Assembly (NCBI GenBank): GCA_051294375.1 | Contig: CM119267.1 | Coordinates: 25,435,293-25,499,292, forward strand | Source: Paraspadella gotoi | Lineage: Eukaryota; Animalia; Chaetognatha | Length of the DNA: 64,000 bases | Reading direction: 5' to 3' | In this document: in pieces, positions 1 to 12,936 of the stretch | Layout: every line of letters starts with the position of its first letter | How positions within the stretch are numbered: position 1 is the first letter of the stretch | The notes under the pieces: generated by a model | Told to the model about the DNA's origin: nothing | Databases searched by the model: none | What the model saw: only the letters and a program-made list of their open reading frames with translations | Translations under genes and position numbers: made by a program

Positions 1-36
1 GATATAGAATTAATATTCCATAAAGGAATTAAAAAT

Positions 37-720
37 TTGGGTGTATGAAGCTGAAAATTTATATACATCATCATCGATGTGCTTAAAATAGAGTCTGGAC
101 AGTTATTAAATATGTTTTGTTTACATTTTATCAAAACAAACAAATTTTCTCTCTTTTATTTTCATATTTCTTTCTCTCTCTCTTTTCTCTTTTAATTACA
201 TGTCTCTCTCCCTCTCTCTTTTCCCTAGTCACTGATTCATAATCATAGGGGAAAAAAAACGAGTCTGCAGCTGGCACTTCTGGGGCTTATTCTTTTTCTC
301 TCTTTTCTCCTGCTGCTTCTGCTGCTGCCTTTTGATTTCTTTCTTTTTTTTTCACTCTCTCTCTCTCTCTCTCTCTCTCTGCGTTTTTATTAAAAAAAAA
401 AATTAAATTAGGATTGAACTCGTAAAATTAGGCATCGCATTCGTGCATGTTATGGTGGACTAAAATCTACCAACTGTACATCAGCGGCCATTAGTGCCGG
501 AGGCAAGTCATTCGCCTCCCAACCCAAAGGTCCGGGGTTCTAACCCGGGGGCCGCCTAACAGTTAAGAGGGACGGGGCGCTTAACCCGCCTGTAACACGG
601 TGTTACAGCCTGATCCGAAGCTCAGGGACTGCTTATATTGAACGGTTCTGTCATTAACACATATCAATAATTACTGTCTCTTCAATGTTATCATTTTGCT
701 ATCGCAACATCGGGTTTTTT
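37..720 (+). mobile_element. Helentron/DINE-like repeat family A, partial copy
   Basis: Near-identical by eye to 47290-47610 and 56080-56375. Confidence 0.75.
454..684 (+). mobile_element. tRNA(Gly-like)-derived SINE inserted into a family-A repeat
   Basis: 484-556 folds tRNA-like (GCGGCC/GGCCGC ends, A-box-like TAGTGCCGGAGG, B-box GGTTCTAACCC). Flanked by ATGTTAT at 447-453 and 685-691; the homologous empty site is near 56341-56370. Confidence 0.7.
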
Positions 721-822
721 AAAGTCTGAAATAAATTGCCGCGATTTTTGTGTACATGACTGTACTAAGAAACCATCTGTTACACTTCCTCCTCTTACTC
801 ACACTTCCTCTTTTCTACACAG

Positions 823-1180
823 CTACCTCAAAGTGATGAAGCGCCTTTCCGCCGTCGACGGCGGATCCGACGCCCGACGCGCCCTCCTCGAAGACGACAT
901 GAAGCGGACAAACAAAATCATGACGCTGGAGAGGCTGCGCCCCGAAAAACTCCAATTCCTCGGAAGGAGGATGAATATCCTCGGATCCTTTATCTTCAAC
1001 GCTCTCTCCAAACCGGTCGCCCGACTCGAGGACGATGATCTCATCATCGGCGTGGATGACGCCGGTGGCGCCGCTCGTGCCGCTAGTGATAGTGGCGCCA
1101 CCGAAACTATAAACGATGATAATATTGACGAAGACGATATGGACGACGAAGGAATCGGCGGCTACAAAGAGGAATTGTAG
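823..1180 (+). CDS. Last exon of an ERp29/Windbeutel-like ER protein (5' exons lie upstream of the window)
   Basis: Acceptor ttctacacag ends at 822. The exon reads YLKVMKR...EDDMKRTNKIM...RRMNILGSF, resembling the ERp29 C-terminal helical domain (YLKIM..E..R..LNIL..F), and ends in the ER-retrieval signal KEEL. Confidence 0.7.
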
Positions 1181-2058
1181 GACTTTTTGTTGAAAAATAA
1201 TAGTCCTTGCTCACGAATTTTTTCTTTCAACGTTTATCAAGTTTTTTCTGATTTTACGTTGCCAGTTTTCTAGTCTTATCATTATTGTTTTAAGTTTGTT
1301 TTCTGTTTCATATTTATTTTGTTCTCACGGCTTTTAAAATGTATTTTGAAACGTATATTAATTTTTTTTGTTTGTTTTACGAGGACCTTGTCAGACTCTC
1401 TATTCCTGGGAATACTCCTATTTTGACTCTTTTTTTAATTTTTTTTATTTAATTCTTGCCTTGGTTGAGTTTTTATATTTCGTTAATGAAATCTTTTTAC
1501 ATTATGCTAGTTTATGCGACGCATGATTCTTATAAGTTTAGTTATTCTTATAGTTCCTTTTTGTCTGAAGATAAATTTAACTAAAAATTAGAGGGGCCAC
1601 ATCTAGTTACTAAAACGTACATCTTTATTGTTAACATAATTTTATATCCTTAACGTAAAGTAACTTGTTACTAACTTTTTATTTATTGGGTAAAAAATTA
1701 AACAGAAAAAAAATTTACAAGAGGCCAGAAAAAGTACATTCTTTAGCAAATTATCGAGGAGGATCTCTGAAAATATAAACTAGTAAAGCTCTTTCCAAAA
1801 AAATAATTTTTCTCTCTATAAATGCAAGTCGCTTTAATAAAGGAATGTTATCACCGTTATCAATTAAGAAAACGCCTCATTGAAATCAAAACTTAGATTT
1901 AAATGCATCGTATCTTGTCGTATCGCCCAACAGAAAAATAATTAGTCCTTCCTAATAATTCCTAATGATTAATTGTCCTTTTTTTTTTCAGTCACCTTTT
2001 AATTTTTTACGGTCTTTTTAAGCGAATTGTTTTCTGGGAACGAACATCAAAAATCGCA

Positions 2059-3754
2059 ATGTTAGTGGCTCGATTGGCCTCATCGGCGGGACCCGCCCTT
2101 CGCTCTTCCTTCTCTCTCCAGTCGACATCGACCCTCTCCAAATTCGCGGCGCCACGCCAAGTCAGTCTCGTCGTAAAACCCACCAATGGCGGTCAGTGGC
2201 GTGGGATGGCATCCAGGTCAGTAAAATCCTTTTCCTCTTTCCGTTCAATACATTTTAAATTCAAATACCGTGTTTAGGAGAAGCCGAATGGCGGCCATGT
2301 CGGAAGCGGCGGAGGGACAAACGGGCGCTCGTCAAACGCTTAAGGAAAAAGCGATGCGTCCGGCGACGGAGACGCCCTTCAAGATCGGCGAGATAGGAGT
2401 CACGATCGCGTCGGGGGTCGGACTGGGAGCTCTCTGCTTCTACGGTCTTGGATTGGCCAAGGACACGGGCGCCATCGACAGAATGGGGTAAAACTAAGTT
2501 AGGGATTTTTTTAGAACCCGAGTCTGTAAATCGGCGTGGGGTTGGGGGTGGGGGGGAGAGTTGAAATTTCTCTCGTTTAACATTTTCCGTCGTCGACCTT
2601 TTTCGTCAGGGCTTGGCCCGACCACGTTCGACAACGAATCCACGCCACCTACATGTATTTCGGAGGAGGCCTCATAATCACGGCCGCCGCCGCCGCCGCC
2701 TGCTTCAGATCGCCGGTGATGATTAATCTCATGACGAAGAACGGTCTTCTCGCCATTTTTGGTAAGCCTTATACGACCGAATCCGTGCTCACGCTCTACC
2801 TTGAATTTTCTCGTTTTTCTCAAGGGACACTGGCCCTGTTAGTGGGCTCCGGCGTGGTGGTTCGCTCTATCCCATACAGACCAGGAATCGGTGCCAAGCA
2901 GTTGGCTTGGATGGTCCACGCCGGAATCGTCGGCGCTGTCATCGCGCCACTGGCTTTTATTGGCGGGCCGATTTTGATTCGCGCCGCCTTGTAAGTCGAA
3001 GTTTGAACTTGATCTTTGATGTGTAACTTAGCCGAATAGAAATTGATATATCAACTCGCCCATGTAAATAACAAATTTTAATTTCGATATTAAGTTACAC
3101 AGCTGGCGTCGTCGGCGGGCTCAGCACAGTCGCCATGTGCGCTCCATCGGAGAGATTTTTGAATTGGGGCGGCGCTCTCGGTGAGTAGAAATCAAAGCAT
3201 TAGTCATTTTGTCCGTTAGTTTAATTGATATCTGATTAAAAGGATTATTTTTCTTTGTTTTTTTTTTTTCAGGAATGGGACTCGGTGCTGTTTTTTTGGC
3301 CTCCATTGGATCCTCCTTCCTCCCACCCACCACGATGCTTGGAGCTGGTCTCTACAGTCTCAGGTACTTAATTTTTAATTAAGATTCCTAATTTTATTCT
3401 GAATTAGATTCATAAGTAGTAATTTGATATTTAATGCTTAAGATTCGACTGAACGCTTTTCTCGCTTTTGTTTTATTAGTGTTTACGGCGGCTTGGTGAT
3501 CTTTGGAGGATTTCTTCTCTACGATACACAGCGAATCATCCATGCGGCTGAAAACGATTCTTACTACACAGTAAACAATAATCTGTATTTGTTTAGTAAT
3601 TTATTTCAACTTTAATCACCAATCTTATCGTCCATTTGTCCAGGTCCATCCCTATGATCCCGTTAATCACTCAATCGCGATTTACATGGACACCATCAAC
3701 ATCTTCATCCGAATCGCGATGATTCTGGCCAACGGTGGAAGTCGCCGCAAGTGA
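2059..3754 (+). CDS. GHITM: Growth hormone-inducible transmembrane protein (MICS1/TMBIM5), 8 exons
   Basis: Mitochondrial-presequence-like N-terminus; motifs GLGALCFYGLG, WPDHVRQRIHATYMYF, YTAGVVGGLSTVAMCAPSE, LLYDTQ, YDPVN..IYMDTINIFIR; seven GT-AG introns keep the frame. Confidence 0.95.
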
Positions 3755-4177
3755 AGATGTTTTATGGCTTTGGACTAGTCAGTAGTCCCTGCAGAAACAC
3801 TGCAACCTTTAGGCAAATCTGCAGAGTGAAAGTTTCTCCACCTTGACAATTTTGTGAATCGATATTGGGGTAAACGAAATTGTCTCGGAGGTCATCGTTT
3901 ATCAATTACATGTATAATTGATATTTTGTTTTGCGATAATTGTCTCTATCTATGTTCATAATTTATGCTGTGATAAACATAAAAATACATTGCGACGGGA
4001 TGTTTGATGAAATCTACATTTGTAACTTTATTCGCGTAAGGATTAGGTCATTATACAGAAGGGTGGAGTGATGAAAAGATTAAGCGATTGAACATTGTTT
4101 TTGCTGCCTATGGACATGTAATTAATGGATTTTAAATTCTTTAAAAAATTGTTCGTTTTTTTTTTTTTTTATTTAAA

Positions 4178-4760
4178 ATAAAACAAGTCTGAGCAAACTA
4201 TGTCGGATCTGCCCACGATTATTATCGGTAATTGATTAATTTATAATTAATTAATTAAGCAATTAATTTATAAATTTGATCCGAAATGTTTGTTTTGATT
4301 TATTAATTGACTGATTAATTAATAATTGATTAATTAATTGACTAATTGTTAATTGATTAATTATTTGATTAATTAATACATCTTGCATTTACATATAATA
4401 TAAAAAGAAAAATAAGCATAATCAATTAGTGAATCAGGTTTTTTGTTTTTTTTTCATTTAAACTCATTTCCACTCAAACGATTCCTGCTTAATCACACAC
4501 TTTCCTACCCACATACAAAATTTGAAGTCAATCGCCCCATCCACTCCTGAGTAATTGGCGTTCAAATAGTGAAATATATATTTTTATTTTTTCCATTTAA
4601 ACTCATTTCCACTCGGACGATTCCATCGAAACTTCATATCCAGCTCAATTACACACCTCCCTACCCACACACAAAATTTCATTCCAATTCATCCATCCAA
4701 TCACGAGTAATTGGAGTTTTTTGTTAAGGTAGGACGGACTGACGGACGGACATCGTTTTT
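4178..4760 (-). mobile_element. Helentron/DINE-1-like element family B (partial)
   Basis: Reverse-complement homologue of 20947-21652, with sub-TIR GTCGGATCTGC and a (GGAC)n microsatellite. Confidence 0.75.
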
Positions 4761-4850
4761 TATCGAGCCATGACCGGCGAAGCCGGTTCAGGCTTGATTT
4801 TGTTTCGGTGAGCTTCTTTGTGACGTAGTCGTCGTCGGCGTCACGCTGTT
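4761..4850 (+). mobile_element. 5' end of Helentron-like family C
   Basis: T-run, then hairpin ATCGAGCC..CCGGC-GAA-GCCGG..GGCTTGAT and a GTC microsatellite; matching sub-TIR at 7054-7062. Confidence 0.55.
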
Positions 4851-5039
4851 TTTATATAAAAACTACTACGCTTTTATAGGTTTGGCTGTGACTTACCGTT
4901 TTTTTTTAAATAAAAATTATTATGAATTATGATAAAGTTTTGCGTGATCATTCGTTTTTTGAAAAATTCTGATTATTTTTTTCTTTCTAAAAAAAATATA
5001 TATTTGATCAGGCGCTGCCTTTTCTGAATCGTTTAAAAA

Positions 5040-5969
5040 CGAGTTCAGGCTCTCTCTCTCTCTCCCTCCATCTCCCTCTCTCTCTATCTCTCTCTCTCTT
5101 TTTTTTTACAAAACAAAACAATTATTTACTTTTTTTTCGACCACCGTCACAGGCGACGAGAAACGAGAGTCCGGCGCTCTTCTCTATCTTTCTCGTCTAT
5201 CTGTTCTCTCTCTATCTCTCTCTCTTTCTCTCTCTTTTTTTTTTTTACAAAAAAAAATTTTTAGTCACTTTTTTTTCACCACGCTCACGAATGGCGACGA
5301 GTAAACGATTAAACGAGTTCCGGCTCTCTCTCTCTATCTATCTTTCTCTCTCTCTCTCTATCTCTTTTTTTTTAGAAAAAAAAAATTTTTAGTCACTTTT
5401 TTTTNNNNNNNNNNNNNNNNNNNNNNNNNGGAAGCCGCCTGCTGCCGCGGCCGGAAAATCCTAGTGACCCGTGCACGCTGGACAACACAGGTGGCGGACT
5501 ACCGCGGACCCTCGCAGTGTCAGTAAAAATTGAGAGAGGGCGGATAAGTGAGCGACAAGGTAAAGCCAAATGTGAGCGACAGTCTTTGAGGGTCACAGAA
5601 CAGAAGTAAGTGATATGAGATTAATCGTAAGTTTGAGAATCTGTTACGGTTGACAGAAATTTTTTGCGGTTCTTTTGCTTGACAGGAAGTCGGGCGTGTA
5701 CTCATTTAAGTAATTCTCGTCGTTCGTCCCGTCCCGTATTTGTCTTGACGTCTCTTCGCCCTTCTTTTAGAAAGAAAGAAGGAGTAGTTTTTATGTATTT
5801 GTGCAAGAAAAAAAGGAAGCAGACGTAAGAGAAAGATTTAGCTGCGATAATTCTCATGTCGTTCCTACGAGATCTATAACAATCAACACTAATCTATCGA
5901 GCTCTCTCTGATTATCCTCTTCATTACCAAATCAACTAACCGGAAAGACAGTGGGACCAAAATCTCTCG

Positions 5970-6013
<44 letters not shown>

Positions 6014-6198
6014 CTCTCTCCTCTCTTTCTCTCCTCTCTCTCTTTCTTTCTTTCTCTCTCTTTTTCTAAGTCAATATAAAATTCATAAAACCACTCTGTC
6101 TTTTTTTTTCTTGTTTAGAAATAAATCTTTTTTTTATCTTTCATTAAATGCTAACGGAGAAAGAGTGGACAAATCTCTCTCTCTCTCGTTTCTCTCTC

Positions 6199-6230
<32 letters not shown>

Positions 6231-6833
6231 TCTTTCTCAGTCAATTATAAAAAATCATGCTTTTTTTTCTTTCGAAAATAAATCTACTTCCTTGAGTTTA
6301 ATTTTCACTTTCATATTTTTTCTCTTTCACTTTCCGTTTTCTCTCACGTGATGGACGCGGCGTCTCTTGTTTTAACTACGGGCTTAGCGAGGCGCCATCT
6401 TCTTTTATTACCTTTTATTTTTTTATATATCTCTTGCCGCTCCCGTAATGGGGTCGTGGCTTCCCTTATCTCTTTTCTTTTCTTAACCATCCGCCTCTCT
6501 CTTCCCTCTCCTCTCTCTCTCTTCTCTCTCTCTCTCTCTCTACTCTCTCCTCAGAGAAAATAAAGAATAGAACAGCATGTAAGCAAAAAAGTATAAAAAA
6601 TAACGTGACTGAAAGTAAAAAAAAGATAAGCGGAGGAGCAAAAAAAAAAAAAAACGATAGAGAAGACGATACTCCAAGAAGAAGGACTACTAAAAGAGAC
6701 TGAGAAAGGAGAAAGATGAATCGCAAGCAAAACTGATTTCTGCTTCAAAAAATGTTTGAGCTTTTGTTCTCTGGTTCTTTTTTTGTTACGGCGATAATGG
6801 TTTACGTTTGTTTCGAGTTGTTTGTGCTCTCGT

Positions 6834-6904
<71 letters not shown>

Positions 6905-7000
6905 CCCCGTACGTCCTTCTCGCTCTTTTCTCTTCTTTATGCTTTATTCTTTTACTCCTTAACATTTTGCTTTGTTTTTCGTCCTCCTATTTTTTTCCGC
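5040..7000. repeat. (CT)n/(GA)n microsatellite-rich low-complexity region containing an assembly gap (N 5405-5429)
   Basis: Many CT tracts seen directly. Confidence 0.9.
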
Positions 7001-7027
7001 ACGGATGTACCCCAAAACAAAACTTGA

Positions 7028-7300
7028 AAAAAATTCTTAAAAGCATAAGGAATCGAGCCTGACTTTTGATGATAACCAAATATTGATGCGATGATAAACA
7101 CAATATGATGCGATGATAACCAATAATTGATCGATGATAATAAAATAACTCGATGTGATGATCATCAAATGATTGATGCGATGATAGTCATTCATTGATG
7201 TGATGATAATCATTCATTGATATGATGATAATCATTCATTGATGCGATTGATAGTCATTCATTGACGCGATTCGAAGTTCATCATCGTAAATAAAACAAC
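7028..7300 (-). mobile_element. 3' end of Helentron-like family C plus degenerate TGATGCGATGATAA tandem units
   Basis: Reverse complement reads TCAGGCTCGAT-TCCTTATGCTTTTAAG-AATTTTT; similar tandem units occur in the opposite orientation at ~46560-46680. Confidence 0.55.
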
Positions 7301-8107
7301 ACAAATGCGTGCAGTGATGAAGACGAGAGAGAGAGCGCGACCGGAGAGAGAGAGATGAAGAGTGGAGAGGCTGGTCAGTTTTCACTCTCGTTATTATAAA
7401 GTATTAAATCAGAAGCTGGACCGCCCATGCAGAGCGAACTCGTTTCTTCGACGATCTGAGTAGAGCGAACTCTTTTCCTTTCTTTGGAATAAACTTTAGA
7501 TTGCTTCTTTTTTTAGAAAGGAAACCAGACCGAGGTCAAATTTCTATTATCTTTGCAGTATTTAACTAATTTATAATATTATACCCAACTCAAATAATTA
7601 TCTATTTTAAATAAGATAAAAATATTTAAATGATATACACTAAAAAAAATTTACAAGTTTTAAAAATTGTAAAAATTATTTAAGAATAAAAAAAAAAGTA
7701 AGTTTAATTGGACAATTATCCTCTCTATCTCAACTTCCTATTTTAGATATATTTGCCAATATGGCCGACCGAGTCCAAAGTTACAGTAATAAACAAAACA
7801 AAAAAAATTTTTTGTTAAAAAGTTAATATATGTAATTAAATTAATCCGCGCAATTGCCGGACATATTAGCAGCTATATGTACAGCAGCAAGCTGATGTAC
7901 ATGTGACATTGCCTGCATTATAAGTTATTTTCCTCTTTTTCTAAAGTGAATCCAGAAATCTCGGATGTAAATTTGGGATTTTGTATGAGAAAAAAAATAA
8001 ATGCGATAATAAAAGTTTTTTTGAAGGAAAAAATAATAAGAATTTTCAAAAACGAACGGTCGTACATAGAGAGAGAGACAGAAGAGCAGAGAGAGAGAGA
8101 GAGAGAG

Positions 8108-8530
8108 TTTGCTCAAACGATTCCATCGAAACTTGGTTTCCTGTTTAATCATACAATTTCCTACTCACATACAAAATTCTAGGTCAATCGCCCCATCCAC
8201 TCATGAGCAACTGGTGTTCAAATAATGAATTATATTTTTTTGTTTTTTCCATTTAAACTCATTTCCACTCGGAAGATTCCATCGAAACTTCATATCCAGC
8301 TCAATCACACACTTCCCTACCCACACACAAAATTTCATTCAAATCCATCCATCCAATCACGAGTAATTGGTATTTTTTGCTAAGGTGGGACGGACGGACG
8401 GACATCATTTTTTTTGCATAATTTATCATAATTCGATGTTCTGACATGATATAAGTTAGTGCCCGACAATATTGAGGGGGCGGACCGACTGACCGACAAA
8501 GTGAATTATAGAGTCGGGATCTGCTGATAA
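8108..8530 (-). mobile_element. Helentron/DINE-1-like element family B (partial)
   Basis: Homologous to 4470-4760 and to the reverse complement of 20960-21250. Confidence 0.75.
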
Positions 8531-9194
8531 AAATCAGAATATTTCCGGATTTACATTGTATTTCCTTTCAGTCGCTTCCTTCCATTTTTTTGTAGGTCAA
8601 ATCGTTTAGCAGTTACAGGCTAAAAAATAATGTTACTTCAAATAAAAAATGGCGAAAAAAATTATAATTAGTATTTGGTATTTGGTATTTATGATGAGCG
8701 GTATTTATTGTAGAGAGCTCACCTCGATTCAGCTCGATACGGTTTGGGTAAGTACAGTGGGTATTGGAGGTCGAATAAAGTTTTTATGAAATAATGCTTA
8801 ATCTGCAACAAAAGGTAAAGACGGCCAAAGGCATCATTAATCATTTGAAATGCTTAGTATAAGGAACTGGGAAGATAGATCATAATATAAAATCCCAACA
8901 CTGGCTGATCAATAATTATTTCACGTGATCTGTATGAGAAAAAAGAAAGTTTGATACAAAATAACAATAATGATTAATAATAATTAATCATAATCATATG
9001 TAAAGTTTTATTAATTATATACAGACGAAATAAGTTTATTTCTATTCTACGTTTGGCGAAAGTTTATGTCCAACATTTAGTTATTTGGTTTTATTTCGAA
9101 GAGTTTTTTTTTTAATTTTTTTTTAATTTGGCAATGCTAAAGGCCTTGCACCTCTTTTTGGTTTAAAAAAGTGTTATTATACCTTTTAAAAAAG

Positions 9195-9350
9195 GGGGAA
9201 AGACATGCATCATCAACATCGGGTCTGAAAAGAATTGCGTTAAAGATGTGGAAAAACATTTTACTGTCATACCTCAATTTGCTGTATGAGAGCATGCCCA
9301 GATGAATGTAGGCAGTAGTCAATGCCAAGGAAGGGCATACAAATATTGAA
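9195..9350 (+). pseudogene. Decayed C-terminus of a Tc1-family transposase
   Basis: Translates KMWKNILLSYLNLLYESMPR*M*AVVNAKEGHT, matching the Tc1 C-terminal pattern W..I....L.ESMPRR..AV..AKGG.TKY, with two in-frame stops. Confidence 0.8.
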
Positions 9351-9504
9351 AATGTTTTATTTATGTTTTATATACTTTTTATTGAATAAATGAATTATGT
9401 TATATACTTTTTTCCTAGATAGTACTATCTGACATCTAAATATCCTTGTTTGATCACTCCAATAAATTCTTGAGTGCTTCTTGAACGATTTTAAAGTTTT
9501 GATC

Positions 9505-11099
9505 ATGGGCCAGGCCAACAGTCGTAGCGAACTCTTATGGCAGATGAGCGGTTATGGCAACAGAGCTAAAGTTAAAGAAATTTTGGGTGAGGGCCTTGCC
9601 GACCCCAACTGGGTTTCTCTCGATGACAACTCTACTGCTATAATGGTAGCCGCGGGTTCTAACAAAGGTGAGCAAAGCCCGCTCGCTATCAATAAATACA
9701 TTGACGAGCAGAAAAAGTTGATTTTGAGCCTAATATGTGAAATTTATTTTTGAGAAAGTAAACCATTAATTTCTCGTCTTTAGGCGACGCGGAACTCATC
9801 CGCCTCCTACTTTCCGCCGGCGCCGACGTTACTCGCCTCGACAACCGCGGAAATTCGGCGCTACACCACGCCGCCATGCGTGGTGTCGTCGACGTCCTCA
9901 AAGCGCTCGTCGACGCCGGGGCTGATGTCGACGCTCAAAACGGCAACGGTTGGACGCCGCTGATGAACGCGTGCTACTGGTGCAAGCCTGACGCCGCCGC
10001 GGCACTCATTGAGATGGGTGAGAGACTGAGTGGAAAATCAAGAAAGAGCGCGAGATATTTTAGTCTGTTACATTTGTATATATTTACGAAAACTGAGTCG
10101 TGGTTTCTTAACATTTTCAGGCGCTCGAGTGGACGTCGCGAACAAAGAGAATCGCATCTCCCTTCACGAACTTTGCCGAAGTCCTTTCGAACTCTATTCG
10201 TGCAAAGAGGATGAGGAGGCCGAAGTCTCGGGCGACGACGAGGATTCCTCTTCGGCGCGAGACGGCGTCAAGACCATCGAAGATCTTCGCGCGGACCACG
10301 AACGGCGTCGCGCGCGCCGCGCCAGGCGCCTAGAGAGTCGAAAGTCGCGCGAGAGCGAGATGCGAGGGAGACGGGAAGAGGAATTGGCAGAGATGGCCTG
10401 CATGTTGTTGGAGGCGGGCTGCGACGTCAATGCGCAGAGTCAGTCCTACGGCGAAGAGGATTTCACTCCGCTGCTTTACGCCGCGTATCACAATCACGCC
10501 GAGGTCGCCTTAGTTCTCACGCAGGTGAATGAGAGAGAGAGTTTAAAACATAGTGCGTTGTAATATTTTTATTTCTTTTGTAAAATTAAATTTTCAGTGC
10601 GAAGAACAAAGGGTCAACCTCAACTATCAAGGAGGCGATGACCAATGGACGGCTCTTCACTGGGCAGCTGATCGCGGCAACGAGGAAATGGTCAGATTAA
10701 ACCTCGATTAAATGTCGAGTGAAATCTGAGGTTGACCTCACTTTTCCCTCAAAGGTTCAACTTCTTCTGGACGCCGGCGCCGACGCTTGGATTCGAGGTA
10801 GTCGATACGAACTTGCGTCTGACCGCGCTGGCGACGAATCCATCAAGACTCTCTTGCTCAACGCGCAGAATCGGACTCGCGACGACGCCGACGCTTCCGA
10901 CGTCTTCGGCGCCGTGGCCAACCTTCGAGATTCTCTTCCCGCCATCGTGACCACCACCGCGACGCCGGCCGAAGATTCGGCGCCGGATATTAAGGTCGTT
11001 GGCGGAGACGGGGCGCCGTCTGAATCAGAAACCGGAGATCGGGAGGACGCGACTGAGTTGATCGAAGAAATTCCCGAAGACTCTCTTGTCAGTCGATAA
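9505..11099 (+). CDS. Ankyrin-repeat protein with a probable N-myristoylation signal, 5 exons
   Basis: Starts MGQANS (MGxxxS). Ankyrin motifs GNSALHHAAMRG, GWTPLMNAC, FTPLLYAAY, WTALHWAADRG. A charged insert lies between repeats; four introns keep the frame. Confidence 0.85.
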
Positions 11100-11585
11100 A
11101 TAAAATAAGTTCAGTCGTTGATTGTTTAACTTAACTAAGTTTTACCCAATGCAATGGTAATGAATTATGAAACTAAGTGTTAAATATTTTATAATGCAAT
11201 TGGTTTGCCAATGAAATTGCAGAGTTGATAGTTTTATTTTTAGCCACTTCCTATTTACTTTCCACCGGTAATAAATATCCTTATGTCTGCCAATGCAATT
11301 ATTTTTTTCGATGCAAAAATAGTATTTAGAATTTAATTTTTCGTCAGCCTGTTTTCTTTCTGAGGATTTTTCGATTTTTCGAAACAATTTTTTTTAATGA
11401 AAAATTTATTTGGATATCGAGATTCTCAGGACTAGGAGGGAATTATCCCACCATTTAAAAAAATATCACTTTATTTTTGTATCTTTATTGCACTTGCGCC
11501 AAAATATTTTGAGCAGTTTTATTTGCTTTGCCCTATATTTAAATCCAGCGTCTAAATTAAGCGGGTGACACAAACTCGAACAAAG

Positions 11586-12263
11586 ATGGGTTTCACCTTC
11601 GCGGCATTCTGCTACATCGTCGCTTTGCTATTTTCCGCTTTTCTCATTTTCTTCGCCATCTGGCAAATCATCGCATTTGACGAGTTGAAAACCGACTACA
11701 AGAATCCCATCGATCAGGTCAGTCAGTCAGTCAGTCTTTTCTTTTTTCTTTCCCCCATTTAGTGATAGAGAATCAATTAAGCTTCGTTTTCCTTCATTTC
11801 CTCAGTGCAACAACCTCAATCCGCTCGTCCTCCCCGAATACGCCATACACGGCTCTTACAACATCCTCTTCCTTTTCGCCGGGCAATGGCTCTCCCTTCT
11901 TCTCAATATTCCACTCATTGCCTATCACGTTCACAGGTTTGTTTTTGCTCAATTTATTAAATCATTTTTTAGTATTAAATTTTTTTTTAAATAAATCGTA
12001 TTATCTTTTAGATACGTGAATCGTCCGATGATCAGCGGTCATGGTCTTTACGATCCAACGACCATCATGAACGCGAGCGAGATGAACAAAGCCATGAGGG
12101 AAGGCTGGTGCAAATTGGGCTTTTACATTTTATCCTTCTTTTATCACCTCTACAGGTACGATTTCTTTTATTATTTAGTAAATTTCCTGTTAGTATTATA
12201 TTTTAGCCTTCCATTTATCTGATCTTTGTTTTCAGTATGATCTACGTTCTCATCTCTTATTGA
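11586..12263 (+). CDS. CNIH1: Cornichon homolog, 4 exons
   Basis: [14 protein letters not shown]...[27 protein letters not shown]...LYDPTTIMN...EGWCKLGFY matches cornichon/CNIH1. Confidence 0.95.
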
Positions 12264-12936
12264 CATAACTTTTATAAACAACGAAAGAAGCGGCCCTTAG
12301 CAACAAATTATATTATCTCCACCGCCCGTGAATAGAAGAGATCTTGGCCCGACGACGACGACGACAACGACGATGACAACCGCGACGACGACTGCTACTG
12401 CGGCACATGTTGATAACAAAACATTTAATTTATAGTTTTATCCTCAGCCTGAGGATATACATGTATTTTAATAAAAACATAACTGAGAAAAATTAAGTAT
12501 GAGTTACACAAATTCTTAGAAATTCCGGGATTTTTTTTTTGTCGATCGTAGTTCCTGCTCGGATACTGAGAACATACGTTTTAGAATAAGGGGACTGTAT
12601 GAATCCGTAAATTTCTTTTTTATAACTAAATAGTATTTGAATTCGTTCTCGTTCGTTGCCGATTCCATTCAAAAGACGATTCTCTATGAACCTTTTTTTC
12701 AAATTTCTGACCCGAAATCGATTTGATTTTTTTTCCAAACTTTTTTTTTAGTTCTTCGCTTCTGTCTAACAAGGGTATTTTATTCAGTCTGTGATACTGT
12801 GATATTAGAATGGTACGGGACATCCACGTTAACATATAAAAAAAATAGTAAGCACAAAAACTTGGTGAAACTTTGCAATTTTTTTTTTTTTTTTAAACAT
12901 TTTTCGTCATCTATATTTCCTACTTCGACCTAGTAA

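Noticed and set aside
484-556. Possible functional tRNA genes (also ~46815-46886 and ~55250-55325)
   Set aside because: The anticodon and D stems pair poorly and each continues into a SINE-like body, so they are treated as SINE heads.
5430-5480. Possible Helitron 3' end (GC hairpin followed by CTAG)
   Set aside because: It abuts an assembly gap, the orientation is ambiguous and no 5' end is visible.
6148-8182. ORFs rich in LSLS or ERER
   Set aside because: Translations of (CT)n/(GA)n microsatellites.
8690-8780. C/D snoRNA candidate (ATGATGA box)
   Set aside because: No suitably placed D box or terminal stem.
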